A DNA stretch of 64,000 nt, from NCBI RefSeq assembly GCF_009834535.1, contig NC_045697.1:114640001-114704000 (forward strand), written 5' to 3'. The notes beneath the pieces were generated by a model. It was given only the letters and a program-made list of their open reading frames with translations, was not told where the DNA came from and did no database searches. This DNA is from Camelus ferus. Lineage: Eukaryota. Of the stretch, positions 13,320 to 26,419 are shown in pieces. Each line of letters opens with the position of its first letter. Within the stretch, counting starts at the first letter, position 1. A program made the position numbers and the translations under genes.

Positions 13320-13600
13320 GCACACACATCCAATGCACACCCATCCAAACGTAGCGCACCACCCACAACACGCCACTCACATCACACCACGGACGCCACA
13401 TCACCCACAGCACACCGTCCATACCACACTGTCCACACCACACCACCCACACCATACCCTCCACAGCACACCACCCACACCACACTACCCACACCACACT
13501 GTCCACACCACACCATCCACACCACACCACCCCATCCACATCACACCATACATACCACATCATCCCATCCACAATACACCATCCACAGCTTATCCACCAA
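13320..13600. repeat. Degenerate (CACCA)n-type low-complexity array
   Basis: Recurring cacaccac, tccacaccacac and cccacaccac units; produces the His/Pro/Thr and Trp/Cys/Val chance ORFs. Confidence 0.9.
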
Positions 13601-14286
13601 GCCCTTAACACTTCAGGCTTAAGTTGCCACTCTTCTCAGCTTGAATTTTTTTTTTTCTTTGAAATCTAACTAGTTTTAAGTCACCATGTATTTTTTTTTT
13701 AAAGACATGCCCTTTCATGACCCACACCTGACCCCATATCTCTAATTAACTAACTTTTTCAAATATAGTGATAAAACAGAGGCAGAGTATCTCAAGCTAA
13801 AATAATAAAACTTTACTAGTGATTCAGTGACCACCATACCCATAAACATCACATGAAGGACCAAATCTGTCGCAGAAGAAGATGCTATTCTCTCTAGCTT
13901 CCTCGTAATGACTCTTCTCATCCATCAAAGCAAATTTTTATAAAAAGTAAAGAAAGATTCTCTTTTGCCTATTTCAAGTTATTTTTCTTTCTTTGCCATT
14001 TCATGTTTTGTAACACCAACTAAAGTACACGGGCAACCTGCTCGTTATTCTCTGCCGTTCATCAAAGCTTTTAAGTTCCCTAGATTTTCTAAACCATAAT
14101 CAGTTTGATATCCTAATTTGGCTCTCCCTAGAAAAGCTTTCCGGCCTTAGCAAAGGAGCTCATAATATTTTTGCAGTACCACTCTACAAAGAGAACAAGA
14201 GGAAACAGAACCATTTGATATATTACATATATTATATAACACCTTAAGAGCTGTCACCCCTACACACACACATACACACACAGCAG

Positions 14287-14445
14287 TGGTAGAGGTGATG
14301 GCTGTGTTAATTTGCTTGATTGTGGTGAACTTGTTGCATCATATACATATATCAAAATATGAACTTGTACACCTTAAATATATATGGTTTTCATTTATTA
14401 AGGATAGCTGTCAAAAATGAGATTAAGAAAGAAAATTAAAAAAAA
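14287..14445 (+). mobile_element. Old L1 3' end fragment, preceded by a (CA)n tract
   Basis: ggtgatggctgtgttaatttgcttgattgtggtg...ttgtacaccttaaatatata is a typical L1M 3'UTR terminus. Confidence 0.7.
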
Positions 14446-15588
14446 GTAAAATGTGTTAAACTCTTTAAGAATACAGATAAAAAAGATTCCAAAGTTTTAT
14501 ATAATTGAATTTATCACAGTTATGTTGGAATAGCAGTCATTCTTATTATTACTATTAGGCTTTATAAAGATCATAACTCCTCAGTGTTAAGCTGTTAATA
14601 CCCCTTATAGCCATTGCTCTTTTCTATACAATTTTCCTTCAGCAGACACTAAACTTCCCCTGTATTTTGCTCTTTTCCCTTCAAGATAATGCATTTGTCA
14701 TATTTATGATGTAAATTAAATCACCTCCTCATAGAAACTTATTTTACTGCAGTTTGATTTGGTCAAGTAACTAATAGTTATGGGACACATATTATGTGAT
14801 AGGCAAATGCTACATCTTGAGGGTACAGATACAAATAAAACCTTAAAGAAACAAGGAAACAGTCACCATAATTTCATATGCTAATTTCAGCGACAGGCTT
14901 AAAACGGGATAGGGACAGAGAAAAGACAAGGAATCCTTTCATCATTCTTTCGCTAGTGAACAATATTTTAGCAACTTGTTAACGTCTAGTTTGCATATGC
15001 CATAAAACTGTATCTTATTCACATTTTTATGCCCAACTCTACATAGCTGTGGGTCAACAAATGTTTTTAATAAGGAAGGAAATAAAATATCACTGGAATT
15101 ACTGAAGGATGTCAGGATGACTTATAAAGGACATTTTTCTAGAAAAGACTTTTCTACAGAATAGAGTTTTAAGCTAAGTGATTTCTCTGGTTCCCTATAA
15201 TCCTGAGACTCTATGCTTCAATTTTCAGAATTACCTTTCCAAAGTTAATTTATTTTACTTACACTGAAAATTGTCTAACAACTTTGTTTAGATCGATGGA
15301 GCTGCTCCCATCTTCAGCACAGCTGGTCAATGTCTTGGGATTATCAAAAGTACAGAAAAGTCATTAGAGACTTTGCACTTTTGAGGTTTGTCACTTATAT
15401 TTTTGGCCCTGGAAGACCAAAGAGAGGTCGTTCATAGTTACTTCCTCTCACTGAACTATTCTCCCCCAAACCCTGCCTGTCAGAAGTCCATCTATCCACA
15501 AGATGCAGCTAAGAGTTATCTCTTCTATAAAAGAGATGCAGATATTTCTGTCATGTTTTAACTCAGCTTTCTGTGTTATTAGTGCAAA

Positions 15589-16014
15589 ATTTTTAAAATA
15601 GACTATTCTTTTAGAGCAGTTTCAGGTTCTCAACAGAACTGAGCAGAAAATACAGAGAGTTCACACATAGCCCTCCCCACCCACAGATATAAACTCCCCT
15701 ACCCTCATCAGTGAGGCATATTTGGTACAATTGATGAACCAACATGGACACATTATTATCAACCAAAGTCCATAGTTTACATTAGGATTCACTCTTGATG
15801 TTGTACATTCTATGGGTTTTGACAAATGATAATGACATATACCCACAACTATTATATTATGCAGAGTAATTTCATTGCCCTAAAAACCCCTTGTGCTCCA
15901 TCTATTCATTCCTCCCTCCCTCTTCCCAGACACCTGGAAACCATGATTTTTGTCGCTTCCATGTCTTTCATGGCTTGATAGATCATTTTTCTCTATACAT
16001 ATATTTTTAATATA
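15589..16014 (-). mobile_element. 5'-truncated old L1 3' end (L1MC/MD-like) with 12-bp TSD
   Basis: Antisense 3'UTR related to 40200-40460; TSD tattagtgcaaa at 15577-15588 and 16015-16026. Confidence 0.8.
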
Positions 16015-18027
16015 TATTAGTGCAAATTATAGAGGATCTTGTAGACTACTAACAAACAGAACATAAATGTATTTTATTCAGTATACTGGATTCCTGTATC
16101 TACCTTCTATTACTGTGGAAGCTTCTTCAGTAAAGATCTACTCCCCCTCATTCAGTTACAAATATCGTTATTCTTTTGAGTATCAATTATCAACAGATGT
16201 TTTCAGCTCTGGTAAGGGCAAATTATTAGATAAATATATTTATCATAAATATTTAAATGTATCATAACACAATACAGATATTTGGACACTGTTGTAACTT
16301 TTGAGTTTGGCATCATTGCAGAATGTTGTGCCATCTCGAAAATACACAATTTATAGTTGCAGCACAAAAATTGATGGATTACTGTTCTAACTTAGTACAA
16401 TGATTTTCAAAGTTTATTTTACATTTCAGGTTGGAAAATTCAAAGACAGAGAGTTCAAAACAGACTTGTTAGTAAAAAATAACAAACCAATATTGATGAT
16501 TGTCACTCTCAAAGTAGTGTTTTAATTAATATACCTCAAAGTGAGGGCAGCTATGAACAAAGGACAAAGTGTGCCATACAGAGTTTTAACTTTTATTTTT
16601 AATTTTAAAATACTTAAGCATTTATAATTTCATATCGGATACTTATTTTTAAAAGTATAATACTTCTTTTAGGAATCTTTTAGGATCCCGAAATTGTGCA
16701 GTGTGAGTTTACATTCCCTTATTCTGAAAAACTGGACTTGTCAGTAAAAAACTGCAACCTGCAGGCAACTCTGCTGATGAGATATAAATAAACAGTTCCC
16801 TCCTTTTCATAAAGAGTTCTCTTGCTATTCTTGAGGGATAAGCTACAGAAATTTTTATGAATAATAGAACTGAAAAATGTCATTAGTTAAGTGCATGTTG
16901 TATGTGAAGCCTCCCCAAATATAAAAATACAGTACTTGCAAGTGCATATTTTGATAATAATAAATGTATAATGAAGCTCACCAAAGCAGTAAATAAGTTG
17001 TGAAATACTTCTGAGCCACATAAAATACATAAATCTTAATAAAACCTTGCCCCTGGGTTTGGAAAGAATAATCAGACAATAGGAGCGTCAGCACATTTCT
17101 GCCTGAGCTATCTGAAAGTATTTGTACTGCCACAAATGTTACATTCTAAAGGACTCATTCCACTTAAACCGTTCAGTGGCTTCACAATGACATTAGATTT
17201 GTGCATGATAAGGCAAAATTGATGAAAGCACTTATCATTTTTCCATTGATACCTGTGTTCTGCATGGACAGTTTCTTTCATGACATATAGTTCAAATATA
17301 TATATTGAACTGTTTCTACATTTTTTTCATTAATGGATTTCAAATCAAAAGAGACATTAGCATTTACTGCAAGAAAAACTTCACAATTTTGTCTTTCCCC
17401 TAACGTCATTTAATAGGAGCATTTTGTAAACATACACACTGTGCCATTACTACATTTACCAAGCGTCTAATCAGCGTCCTTGTTAATTTTAGTAATTCTG
17501 TTGAGGATAAAAAGAAACACTGCATTTCCTTTGATTGTCCCTAGATGCTATTATATTTATTTGTTTATTAAAGTAGACAAATCTGCATCAGATTTTTAGT
17601 AGATGATGGAAAACTGGAGTTCGAGAGACAGAGAAGATGAGTTGAGAGACCACAGTGAGGACCCCAAGGCCAGCAAGTTCCAGGACTGATCGTAGTAAAT
17701 AGTACTTACTGAGAGTATTTAATGTCTCATATAGTACACAACTGCAAACAGAAATGAATAATATTACAGTATGCCTTTAAAAAATTTCTTTTGTTCAGCT
17801 TTGAGATTTTCATAAAATTAAGGTCAGAGGAATGAGGAATAAAGTATTAAATTGAAAAGCAAACCATCTTAGTTGTACCCATTTATAATGACATTGAGAA
17901 TGTCACGACTATTACATTATAACACATTGTGCAAGTTTGTTGGCTTGTTTGTTCACTGTCTCACGGTTTGATTGAGATATAATTGACATACAACTCTGTA
18001 CACGTTTAAGATACACAACATAATGAT

Positions 18028-18896
18028 TTTTTTTTACCTTTTATTTTTTTATTTATTTTTTAAAACTTTTTTAATTGAGTTATAGTCATTTTACAATGTT
18101 GTGTCAAATTCCAGTGTAGAGCACAATTTTTCATTTATACATAAACATGTATATATTCATTGTCACATTTCTTTTCACTGTGAGCTACCATAAGATCTTG
18201 TATATATTTCCCTGTGCAATACAGTATAATCTTGTTTATCTGTTCTACATTTTGAAAGCCCAGTCTGTCCCTTCCCACCCCCGCCCTCTTGGCAACCACA
18301 AGCTTGTATTCTATGTCTATGAGTCTGTTTCTGTTTTGTATTTTTTTTTTTTTTAAGATTCCACTTATGAGCAATCTCATATGGTATTTTTCTTTCTCTT
18401 TCTGGCTTACTTCACTTAGAATGACATTCTCCAGGAACATCCATGTTGCTGCAGATGGGTTTTATGTTGTCAGTTTTTATGGCTGAATAGTATTTCATTG
18501 TATAAATTGCCACATCTTCTTTATCCAGTCATTGTTGATGGACATTTAGGCTGTCTCCATGTCTTGGCTATTGTAAATAGTGCTGCTATGAATATTGGGG
18601 TGCAGGTGTCTTTTTGAAGTTGGAGTCTTTCTAGATATATGCCCAGGAGCAGGATTCCTGGGTCATATGGTAAGTCTATTCCTAGTCTTTTGAGGAATCT
18701 CCATACTGTTTTCCACAGTGGCTGCACCAAACTGCATTCCCACCAGCAGTGAAGGAGGGTTACCTTTTCTCCACAGCCTCTCCAGCATTTGTCATTTGTG
18801 GACTTTTGAATGATGGCCATTCTGGCTGGTGTAAGGTGATACCTCATCATAGTTTTGATTTGCATTTCTCTGATAATTAGTGATATTGAGCATTTT
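18028..18896 (-). mobile_element. Younger L1 3' end (ORF2 Cys-rich tail, 3'UTR, poly(A)) fused to U6
   Basis: [14 protein letters not shown]...[27 protein letters not shown]...[19 protein letters not shown]-rich tail at ~18028-18073 on the plus strand. Confidence 0.95.
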
Positions 18897-19001
18897 AAAA
18901 ATATGGAACGCTTCACAAATTTGTGTGTCATCCTTGCGCAGGGGCTGTGGTAATCTTCTCTGTATCATTCCAATTTTAGTATGTGCTGCTGGAGCGAGCA
19001 C
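18897..19001 (-). pseudogene. RNU6: U6 snRNA retropseudogene (full length, 5' part of a U6-L1 chimera)
   Basis: Minus strand reads GTGCTCGCTCCAGCAGCACATACTAAAATTGGAATGATACAGAGAAGATTACCACAGCCCCTGCGCAAGGATGACACACAAATTTGTGAAGCGTTCCATATTTTT: canonical U6 with 8 substitutions and a 2-nt deletion; ACAGAGA box intact. Confidence 0.98.
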
Positions 19002-21193
19002 TACAACATAATGATCTGACTTACATACATCATGAAATGATTACCACAAGTTTAGTGAATCTCTATTATCCTGTATAGAAACAAAATTAAAGAAATAGAA
19101 AAAAATCTGTAATGAGAACTCTTAGGATTTATTCTCTTAACATCTTTCATATATAAACATACAGCAGTGTTAATATTTATCATGTTGTACATTACCTCTT
19201 TAGTACTTATTTTTCTCATAACTGGAAGTTTGTACCTTTAAATGTCCACCCCTTTACCCCAGCCTCTGGTAACCGCAAATCTGATCTCTTTCCCTTTGAG
19301 CTTGTTTTTTTATTTATTTATTGCTTTTTGAAATATAACTGACCTGCAATACAATGTTAGTTTCTCTTACACAACATAATATTTAAAATTTTCTATACAT
19401 TTCAATATGATCCCCACAATAAGTCTAGTTATGATTTGTTACCAAAGATACAATATAATTATTGACTATCTTCCCCACATTGTACACTTCATACCCATGA
19501 CTCATTTATTTTATAACTGGAAGTTTGTATCTCTTCATCTCCTTCACTTATTTCCTCCCCCCACCCCGTCTCTCTTGGAAACCGCTTCTTTGTTCCCTGT
19601 TTCTTATTTGTTATGATTGTTCATATATTTTGCTGTTAAAATTCCACGAGTGAAAACGTACAGAATTTATCTTTCTCTATCTGAATATTTCACTTAACAT
19701 AATATCTTCTAAATCATCTATGTTCTCATAAATGCCAAGATTTTATTCTTTTTTTTAATGGCTGAGTAACTTATGTTATATATTATATATACAAAATCTT
19801 CTTTGTCCAATCAACCATTGATGGGTACTTAAGTTCCTTCTGTATCTTGGTAATTATAAATAATGCTGCGATAAGCATAAAGGTGCACATATCTTTTCTA
19901 ATTAATGTTCTGGTTTTCTTCAGATAAAGACACAGCAGTGGAATTGCTAGGTCATATGGTAATTCTGTTTTTCGTTTTTGAGGACTCTGCATACTGTTTT
20001 CCATAGGGGCTGCCCCAATTTACATTCCCAATAACAGTGCACAAGAGTTTCCTTTTCTCCACATCCTCGCCAACACTTGTCATTTGTTGTCTTTTCGGTG
20101 ATAGCCATTGTGGCAGGTGTAAGGTTATCACACGACCATAATAAAAATTTTAATCTGGGAAAATGAAGAATGAGAGGCACACTGAAATCACTTTTCCAGA
20201 GCAATGGCAACATCCTACAGGTTAGGCACTGCAGAAACTTCTGCTTTGTTGGGGCATCATCTTACTGGGACCCTCCCTAATTGGCCTCCTTTTACATTGT
20301 TCTGCAGGATTGCTTGATTTTTTTTTTCCCTCATTCTGACAAATTTTTCCTTGTTTATTATTTTGCAAAGCTACATCTGAAGTGCATAAAATTACCTATT
20401 TGGTAGTGTGTGACTTTTATAGCGTTCCTCCTACTTGGCAACTCTGAACACCAAGGGATGATTTGAAGTAAAATAGTCAAGCCATTTTTTTCTGGATTAT
20501 TTTTTCCTTTAAGAAAACAATTCCTCTAAAATGTATTAGAATTCTGCTCTTTTTTTTTTTTTTCCAAATGTGGCAGCAAAACTATGCAAAGTTCTTGGTG
20601 CATAATTCTCAGATCTGCAGTATTTTTTAATTTATTTTATCAATCTATTACAGTTAATCCCACTAATTTTTGGCTAATTTGGGGTAAACTGAAGGAAAGG
20701 ATTCAGATATGTCAGTATTAGTTTGAAAGATCTTTCTCTCAAGACTAAGACAATCATCCAACAAAGGAGTCTTATCGGGTCTTTCCAGTCTCAAATCTTT
20801 TGACTTAGATCTAGACGTGATCTAGAGGTGGTGCCTTTTCCAACCCCATGACTTTCTTTATTTCTTTATTTCCTCTATTAGCGTCTATATTTGAAGACCA
20901 GTCAATTCTTACTTGATCTCATATCTTACAGTACTTTGCTAAAAGCTGCCAATCATAGCCGATACACACTTGGTCTTAACTCCATTTCTGTGAAGTTAGG
21001 CTAGGCAAGCACATAGTCTATTTTGAAAATTTTCAACAATTAAATGGCAATAGTTTTCCTGAACATTTTGCCAGATCTTCAGCTACAAGATTTACAATAT
21101 CTATTTTCTTACCACCTGTCATCCAACCACTAAGCCAATGACACACATTTTAGGTGCCTGTAAAGGGAACAAGCCATTTCCAGTTACCAGCTT

Positions 21194-21788
21194 TGTTGCC
21201 AAAAAATCAGCCTCTGCACCCCAAAAAGTGAATTCAAACTCAGTGGCAGAGCTTGGGGAGTAAAGAAGAGAGCCACTTTATTGCTTTGCCCCCCACAGGG
21301 GAGTCACGGCAGGCTCATGCCTTGGAAACTGACTCCTTATTGGGGTTGGCGCTTGGTGATCGTATAGGCAAATGGGACGGAGCATATCAGTGATAATGAA
21401 CAGTAGAGTCTTTTATAAAAGTTTATTGTGTGTCAGTGGGAACTTCCGGTCGCTCCCTGCAGCCTTGGCTATATCAGGTCTGATCCCTCCCATGTCATGG
21501 GGGCTCTTGGAGGATCTGGTTGTTCCTTCAGTGTTATCATTCCATGAACTTCTTCCTGGAAAACTGCTTCTGGGTTTTGGTTACAAGCTATTTTGGGGAG
21601 GGAGTAAATCATAGGGTTGGGGGTGACTGAGCACGTAATCATTCAAGCAAGTTAAACAGTAGAGTAGCAAGGAATAAAACAGGTGGGTCTGTTAGAAAGA
21701 ACTCCGAGAAAACAAGTTAACCCATCACAGTGAACTATGTAAGCTGCCTTAGCATCAGGGAGGCCATTTTGTGTCTCCTTCAGTTTTA
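21194..21788 (-). mobile_element. ERV1-like solo LTR
   Basis: Starts tgttgcc; ctttattgc is a minus-strand AATAAA; ggcaggctcatgcc motif; GC-richer than flanks; no clear TSD. Confidence 0.65.
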
Positions 21789-22682
21789 CCAAAATTTTGG
21801 TGTAAGGTCATGTAAGACTAGCTACTCTAATAAATGTACAAGTACTCAAATGTGACTGACATTTATCACTCAAGTAAATTTCAACACTGTGCTCTTGACT
21901 GGTCTGTCTTTCTTCCTAGGTGTAATTTACACACCAGGGTTTCTTTCATCTTGAGGTTCTCTGTCTTTCAACCCTTGGGCTTTCAGACACATTGGATCAT
22001 GTCCAAAGAAAAGGGAAATTTTATGGAAGATCCTGTACAGGAAGTTTCATGAGTCAATCCTAGAAACCGTCCCCAACAGTCCACTCCTAATCTGCTGCTC
22101 AGTCACAGTGCAGGACCACACTCACATCAGTGTACACTAGCCGTGTGTGCAGGAAGATTATAGCTTGGTATCCATTTTCACATCAGGGTGTGATTTGATA
22201 ATATAGTTTCAATTTCCTGCAGAGAGGGATTACTGCTTTTCTAACATACCATTTCTATAATATTGGAAGAGAAAGCCTGTGGTTTTGGAAAGGTGTTTTT
22301 AGGTCATAGAAGACTCCAGCCATTATATACAGCTGTGTTCTGAGGAGGAAACTTGCATGTATGGAAGTTTGAGCAAATGCTGATGGACATGTCAAGAAAA
22401 AGTGTGTCAGGAGCGTCAACATGCTTCTTTGACTAATGAAAGTGAATATTTGTGAAAAGAAGAAATAAAAAATCCTTCCGGATATGGTTTTAGATAAAAA
22501 TGTGTTGATTGGTCTGGGTTTTTTATTTTAGAAAAAAATTAAAGCATTAACTTCAGAAAAAAAAAGAGGCATATTTTTGTTTGGACAAAGTGAACTGAGT
22601 TCTGTTTAGTTTCATCATTGCTTTATGTATGCACATTCATTTTTTAAAGATCTCACAATTTTTTTTAAATCCTCCACTTGTG

Positions 22683-22813
22683 CTTTGCTTTTTCTTGGCG
22701 GGGGAGGGGGGTAAACTAGGTCTATTTATTTATTTAATGAAGGTGATGAGGATTGAGCCCAGGACTTCGTACATGCTAAGCAAGTGCTCTACCTCTAAGC
22801 TATAACCTCCCCC
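22683..22813 (-). mobile_element. tRNA-derived camelid SINE (vic-1 type)
   Basis: Minus strand GGGGGAGGTTATAGCTTAGAGGTAGAGCACTTGCTTAGCATGTACGAAGTCCTGGGCTCAATCC has tRNA-Ala-like A and B boxes, then (TAAA)n, a C-tract and an A-rich tail. Confidence 0.85.
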
Positions 22814-25368
22814 TGAACATTTTGTTGAATCGAGGATGAAATGATTAGTTCTGGACTTGAACTAAGTAAGCGATAGAGTTTCTAGATATTATGACATAAA
22901 TCATGCAAAATTTTAAACTTTTATTCATTGTAAAATGCAAGGTGGCATGCATGGAAGGTATTATTTGAAGCTATGTTTCAGGAAAAGACATTTAATTGTC
23001 TTTTGTCAAAATACATTCTCCCTCCAACTGGTCACGTGAGTGATGTCATGACTGTGCACATTTAAAATTTACAGAAATATTTGTATGCTGTGGGGATTTT
23101 CACTTACTGTGATTATTACCATTATTATTTTCAAGTCATATCATCTAACAGGACTTTTTAAATCAAAAAATGCAATGGCAAGTGATTGCGTTATCTGATT
23201 CTCAAAATAATATGGATCAGAGAGTCATTTTGGCCATAATTAACTTCGGGTTGCCCAAGGGAGTAAGAGGAAATTAGTTTGTGTTGTGAATATTCCTCTT
23301 CATATATGCTGTATTTTAAACTCTGTTTTATCTAGGCACTTATTAAAATAAACATGATTAGTATGCAGCCATTGTTTTAAACTTTAAATTTCCTTCAGAT
23401 ATATTTGGAATTAAAGTGTATTTTCCGTATTATTTGGAGGAAGTGTGAACAACTTACTGTTATCAATATTTCTCTTATTTTCATGGTCAAAAAATGAACA
23501 ATTATCGGGAACTTGTTTTTTTTTTCCTATTTCGGATAGGCCAGTTAAAGTAACATAGTCAACCACCTCCTGCTTTTGTGTTTTTTAAAGTTAGTTTTTA
23601 TTGGCATTTGAAAAGAACATGACACTGAAAATTAAAGCCATAAATGTTAAGCCTTTTAGGGTTGAGACACTGAAAATAGCATGATAGATCAGAACCAGCT
23701 GAGAACAGAGGAAGGAAACTCACCCTTAGAGGATTTTAAAATCAAAGGGAAACAAATGCATAAACAAGATGAAGATACGAAGTTCAAAGTCGTTTAAAGG
23801 ATTTTGCTTTTCCGAACAATCTGAAGAGCTATGGCATTTTTAAAATGGGTCTGTCATTTTGAAACCTGAAGACAGACGAGTTTATAGTTGAATTTCGTCC
23901 AGTAGCCATTGTCCTTAAAATGTATGCTTTGCCTTTAAAAAGAAATAAATGACATGACCTTAAAGAAAGAAATCTACAGTAATGGTCCCAATTTTGCCAG
24001 TTGAGGCACTAAAACCGTGCTGACCTCAAAAGTGCTCTGGTCTACCCTTAGTGATGTTAGCGTTCTTTTCAAATCGTGTTGTTTTTGCTACTGGCAGATA
24101 CACAGGCTTCCGGGAATGCAGGGTAACTGGTGTTTTTCTGTGACTTTCCTCAGATTCCACAGCTACCTGTCTTTGTCCCTCATCTCGGAGGTTACATTGC
24201 TGACACCATTAATTTTCTTTAGCAAAGTCAGTCAGCGAGATTTATCCTTGAATTGTTTGGAACGATCACACCAACAAACAACTTGCAGCCAACTGTGCTC
24301 TCGGCATTTCAGAATTAAATGATATTGTAGATGCCACGTGAAATCTAATAGTTTTGTGACATTGCAAAAATATCTAAATGAGGGGAGGAAAAAGAGGATT
24401 CTGATCTACAAAATTTCAGTCAAGCGGTGTCCAGAACGCAAAAGCTTAATAGTATTTGTAATAGTGACAGTTCCCTACAACTTTCAATAACTTCCTCTGC
24501 CCCATAATACATTCTTAACAAGATGAAAAGATTAAAAGAAAGAAAATTCATTTCTTAAATAAAAATTTTCGCCTTTATTCTTTGTATGTTAATGGACAGC
24601 AAATCACATCTATATAAAATAATTCTATCTTACTTCCATTTTAAATGCGTCTTAAAAGCAAATTATAAAGTATTTCACTTCTCCTCTGTAAAATAAGTTT
24701 TATCAAGAATTCAAGGGGAAAAAGAAAAGCAATATGAAAACACAAACTTTGCTATTAAGAAGAAAATAATAGAATAAAAGTAGATTCTTGATAGTTTTTC
24801 CATTTCAGTTGAAGCTCATATAGGTTATTCTAAATGCCCTAATTGGACAAAAGTCACCCAATGGAATTTTACTTCATGTCATAAAAATACTAAAAAATAC
24901 TAAAAAAAAAAATACCTGTAGCATGGCTAGTATTAGAATAAGAGGGTAAAAAAATAAAGGTTGAAAATAAAAACTTGTATAATAGGAGAGCCATGATAAA
25001 GAATAGATGTGCACTGATTTTTTAATCCCAAAACAGCCGATTTGAAAACACTTCTCTTGTGGAGGACTTTTCTAAATAGGAAAAAAATATATTTGTATGT
25101 AGAATACATAAAATATATAATGTTGTTTTCTGAAAGATTTTATTAATGTAAATAGGATGTGCGGATTTGCACACAAGAGCATTCTGTTTCAGACAAATAT
25201 GCATGTTCACCCAAATGGAAAAAAAAAACACATATGGAAATTTTAATACACAGTAACACAGAGAAGTATTTTATTGTCACAAGATATGGCAATGAGTTTG
25301 TTTTTCACTGTAATAGATAAAGTTGGTAACACTATTATTTTGTCCTTAGAAATTAGGCTGAGTATCTT

Positions 25369-25842
25369 TGTAGGCAGAATAGTGTCCCCCGACTTCAGAG
25401 ATAGCTATATCCAATCTCCAGAAACTGGAAATATGAGATTACATAGCAGGGGAGAATTAGATGGAATTAAGTTTGCAACCAACTGACCTTAAGATAGAGG
25501 CTATTCTGTGTTATCTGGGTAACCTCAATGTAGTCACAAAGATCCTTAAATTGGGACAGGGAACCACAACAAGAGAGATGGCAGCTGCTAGTGCTGACTT
25601 GGAAGATGCAAGAATGGACCACCAGTCCAAGAATGCGGGCCACGTCTAAAGGATTGAATAGAAAGCAAGTGGATTCTGACGTAGGGCTTCCAGAAGGACT
25701 ACAACCCTGAGAACAGCTTTACTTTAGTTCAGTCAGACCCATTTTGGGTTTCTGACCTCCTGACTGTAAAATAACAAATTTGTATCATTTAAGCCACTAA
25801 ATTTATAATAATTTATTGCAGTAGCAATAGGGAAATAATACA
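25369..25842 (+). mobile_element. MLT1C/D-like MaLR LTR
   Basis: tgtaggcagaata...ttctgacctcctgactgtaaaataacaaatttg...ttaagccactaaattt...aaataataca, followed by gattttggta (start of MaLR internal sequence). Confidence 0.85.
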
Positions 25843-25995
25843 GATTTTGGTAACTTTCTGTTCAGAATTTTCAATATCTTACTCCACCCAAATATCTGTG
25901 GCCATCCAATTTAATGTTCTGTATAGTGTGATACTTTAGAGAAATACTAAAACACTGAGCCATTGCAGGTTGGCTCTTACATTGAGATTTAGATA

Positions 25996-26033
25996 CACAC
26001 ACACACACGCACACACACACACACACACGCACA
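25996..26033. repeat. (CA)n microsatellite with CG interruptions
   Basis: Direct observation. Confidence 0.9.
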
Positions 26034-26419
26034 CTCAAGTATATAATTTATAAACAGCTAGCATTACTGTTTATATTTAAACATTAAAGGTTAATATATG
26101 TTTTTGTTTTTACATAAAGATCACCATTCTAGGTGAAATTATGTGAAATTTTAGACTTTATCAAGAATTGTAACTTATTTATATGTAGCAAACACTTACA
26201 TTTGAGGTATTGTTTGAAACACATTATATATCTCAACCCAAGTAATTCTCACAACAATCCTGTAAATTTATTTACACTTCACTGTCTTTAAAGAGGGCCT
26301 TAATGTAAGTCAATAACTTAACTATATCACTTAATTCAAAAACAGTGTAGTTAGAATTCAAATCCAGCAGTCTGTCTCCGGAGCCTGACTGACTCAGCAC
26401 AACCTTACAAACTGTATTA

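Larger units (their letters stand above)
17965..20130 (-). mobile_element. Older L1 3' end that hosts the U6-L1 chimera
   Basis: Sequence reads continuously across 18027/19016 once the insert is removed; ORFs 19783..20004 and 19947..20213 contain ELPYDLAIPLL and [21 protein letters not shown]. Confidence 0.85.

Noticed and set aside
13285..13611. Overlapping Trp/Cys/Val-rich and His/Pro/Thr-rich ORFs; superficially array-like
   Set aside because: Translation of a low-complexity repeat; no constant repeat with unique spacers, so not CRISPR-like
16230..17310. Short AT-rich palindromes (gataaatatatttatc near 16230; agttcaa...ttgaact near 17289)
   Set aside because: Centred on (AT)n runs and expected in AT-rich DNA
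18521..18931. 136-aa ORF reading from U6 sequence in frame into the L1 ORF2 C-terminus
   Set aside because: Chance ATG in U6 fused to a residual L1 frame; no promoter evidence and U6 shows neutral decay
18897..19001. Functional U6 gene
   Set aside because: Upstream sequence is old L1 with no PSE or TATA evident; the catalytic AGC triad is mutated to ACC; TSD and L1 tail mark it as a retrocopy
22740..22813. tRNA-Ala gene
   Set aside because: Degenerate stems and attached SINE tail indicate a SINE head
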